A stretch of 43,466 nt of DNA from a virus. Lineage: Duplodnaviria > Caudoviricetes. The stretch covers positions 1-43,466 of the IMG/VR virus record IMGVR_UViG_3300037657_000249; one strand, written 5' to 3'. The position numbers were made by a program, and so were the translations under genes. The stretch's first letter is position 1. Each line of letters begins with the position of its first letter. Under the pieces are notes generated by a model. That model searched no databases, was not told the DNA's origin, and saw nothing but the letters and a program-made list of their open reading frames with translations. Below are positions 41,856 to 43,466 of this stretch, piece after piece.

Positions 41856-41885
41856 AGAAGGGGGCCGTGCCCGGCTAATTGCTCA
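41856..41885 (-). promoter_or_regulatory. Phage-specific promoter motif
   Basis: TGAGCA-N13-GGCCCCCTTCT; predicted +1 at 41850. Confidence 0.75.
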
Positions 41886-41895
41886 AAAAATAGAC

Positions 41896-42000
41896 GAGTG
41901 ACGTAGTGACGGAAGTTACGTCACTCTCTATCCGGGTAGTAGGAGAAGAAGAACTACTACCCGGATGCAAAGTGACGTATCTTTCGTCACTACGTCACTC
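41896..42000. repeat. Nested inverted repeat, copy 2 (~105 bp)
   Basis: GAGTGACGTAGTGACG...CGTCACTACGTCACTC outer arms and a perfect 13-bp inner arm ATCCGGGTAGTAG/CTACTACCCGGAT. Confidence 0.9.
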
Positions 42001-42056
42001 GAAAACCGTCGGATGACGTCGCTTCGGGCCGTTTACACGGCCTCCCGGCCCGGCGC

Positions 42057-43466
42057 CTACGCGGCGAAACGGACCGAAACCCGCTCCGGGTCCCACTTCC
42101 CGCGCTGGGCGGCGGGTGCAATGGCGATCTCGACACCGGAGGAGATAAGGAGCCCCCGCCGACCGGCGTAGTCGAGCCGATCCCACAGCTCGCGGAACGT
42201 CTCTCCGGTCTCGACTAGCTCGGTTGTCGGTGTGGCGGGGGCGGCGGCGAGGCGGTCGCGCTCTGCACGAAGGCGCGAGAGACGCTCCACGAGCGCGACG
42301 ACGTCGGCCTCGGGCGCGCGAAGCTCGTCGGTCGTGTCCCGGATCGCCTCCTCGACCGAGGCGAGGCCCGCGACCTCCCGAACAGAGACGCGCTGCTCGA
42401 CGACCTCCATGCGGCCGACAGCGCCGAGGAAGCGCCGCTCGACCTCGGCCTCTACCCGCTCGCACTCGACGGCGACGCCGCGCTCGCAGACCCGGCCGCG
42501 GGCTCGCGCCTGGCAAGAGTAGATATCCTGCCCGGTCGTATTCGTGCGGTTCTTCGCGATCAGGTTGCCACCGCACGAGGGGCAGGTGAGGAGCCCGGAG
42601 AGAAGGCGGCTCGCGCGGTTGCGGCGTCCCGCTGCGGTCGCCTCGGAGCGGCCGGGCGTGGTGGTGTAATCAGTGATCGCGCGGAGCCGCTCGACCTCCT
42701 CGACAGAGAGCAACGGCTCCCACTGGACTACGGGCACGCCGTTGTCGTCCCGGAGAAGCTCGCCGCGCGAGCGGACGCGGCCGAGGACGTAGTCGGATCG
42801 GAGGAGTCGGCGGATGACGCCCGGGTCCCACTGGGCGGCTCTGCGAGGCTGGATGCCCTCGCGGTTGAGGTCCACGGCTACCGCGTACACTGGCGTACCG
42901 CCGAGGACGGCGTCGGCCATGCGGCGCACGACGGCGGCCTCGACGGGGTCGGGCTCTAGGGCCTTACCTACGCCGTCCGGGTGCGGGATAGGGCGGTAAC
43001 CGTAGGGGAGCACGCCGCCCGCCCACCGGCCGACCTTGCGGAGGTATTCCTGAGACGCGGACACGCGAATGCCGATCGTCTTGGCCTCCATGCTCGCGAA
43101 CACTTGGAGAATCTCGACCATCGCCCGCCCCATGACCGACGTCGTATCGAGGTTCTCGGTCGCTGAGACGATGTTGAGCCCCTCGTCCAGTAGGAGCCCG
43201 ACGTCGACGACGGAGCGCACGAGCCGGTCGAGTCGCCACACGACGACGGCCTCGGCCTCGCCGCTACGAATCCGCTTGCGGACCTCGTCGAGCCCGGGCC
43301 GGTCGAGGCGGGCCTTCGTCGCTGAGACGTTGTTGTCCTCGACAATGTCGATCAGCTCCCAGTCGCGGGCGGCTGCGATCTTCTGGATGATCTCGCGCTG
43401 GCGGGCGATGGACGTAGATTCCTCGCGCGAGGCGCGGGACAGGCGGGCGTAACCGATTACCTTCAT
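42057..43466 (-). CDS. int: Large serine integrase, 469 aa
   Basis: YARLS catalytic Ser, RPGL, RLDRLVRS, PYGY recombinase domain, LLSGLLTCPSCG...YSC...C Zn ribbon, coiled coil. Confidence 0.96.
   Translation of the reverse strand: MKVIGYARLSRASREESTSIARQREIIQKIAAARDWELIDIVEDNNVSATKARLDRPGLDEVRKRIRSGEAEAVVVWRLDRLVRSVVDVGLLLDEGLNIVSATENLDTTSVMGRAMVEILQVFASMEAKTIGIRVSASQEYLRKVGRWAGGVLPYGYRPIPHPDGVGKALEPDPVEAAVVRRMADAVLGGTPVYAVAVDLNREGIQPRRAAQWDPGVIRRLLRSDYVLGRVRSRGELLRDDNGVPVVQWEPLLSVEEVERLRAITDYTTTPGRSEATAAGRRNRASRLLSGLLTCPSCGGNLIAKNRTNTTGQDIYSCQARARGRVCERGVAVECERVEAEVERRFLGAVGRMEVVEQRVSVREVAGLASVEEAIRDTTDELRAPEADVVALVERLSRLRAERDRLAAAPATPTTELVETGETFRELWDRLDYAGRRGLLISSGVEIAIAPAAQRGKWDPERVSVRFAA

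Larger units (their letters stand above)
1..43466 (-). mobile_element. Temperate siphovirus (probable prophage), AZ/EH-like actinobacteriophage
   Basis: Complete integrase, packaging, head, tail, lysis and replication modules. The window starts at a stop codon and ends at the integrase ATG, and the cos-like site is internal, i.e. prophage permutation. Confidence 0.93.

Noticed and set aside
41896-42000. Inverted repeat next to the integrase gene as attP
   Set aside because: A second copy lies 28 kb away, it is longer than a typical serine attP, and the window permutation points to att upstream of int, outside the window. Not fully excluded if the window is a free phage contig.

Overview
The window is an essentially complete temperate actinobacterial siphovirus genome of high GC content, with almost all genes on the minus strand. 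It is trimmed from the serine-integrase start codon (43466) to the stop codon of the last early gene (1), as expected for a prophage whose att sites lie just outside. Gene content, synteny and a CGAAGGGGCAT cos-like 11-mer resemble Arthrobacter cluster AZ / Microbacterium EH-type (phiC31/R4-like) phages. Order on the minus strand: int, small early genes, lipoprotein, tRNA-Asn/tRNA-Trp, HNH, cos, terminase, portal, MuF-metallopeptidase, capsid, tail, lysis, dNMP kinase, candidate repressor, exonuclease, Dam-type MTase, RDF, resolvase, primase-helicase, PolA, sigma-like factor, SprT, membrane and toxin-fold genes. The most interesting signal is non-coding. (1) About 10 copies of a phage-specific promoter-like motif, TGAGCA-N13-GGCCCCCTTCT; in 7 copies its 3' part is also the 5' arm of an RNA hairpin that would sequester the next gene's RBS or form a terminator only in read-through transcripts. 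(2) About 10 copies of a 16-bp palindromic operator, CGTGAGGCGCCTCACG, overlapping six SigA-type promoters, including those of the sigma-like gene and a leaderless candidate repressor. (3) A tRNA-punctuated cluster of structured RNAs, one with predicted pseudoknots. (4) Twin ~105-bp nested inverted repeats. (5) An over-represented CGTGTAAAC motif. Several small ORFs not called as such in the ORF track were also found, including a 26-aa peptide resembling the ribonucleotide reductase CxxC tail and a single opposite-strand 48-aa gene. All calls come from manual reading; no database searches or folding programs were run.
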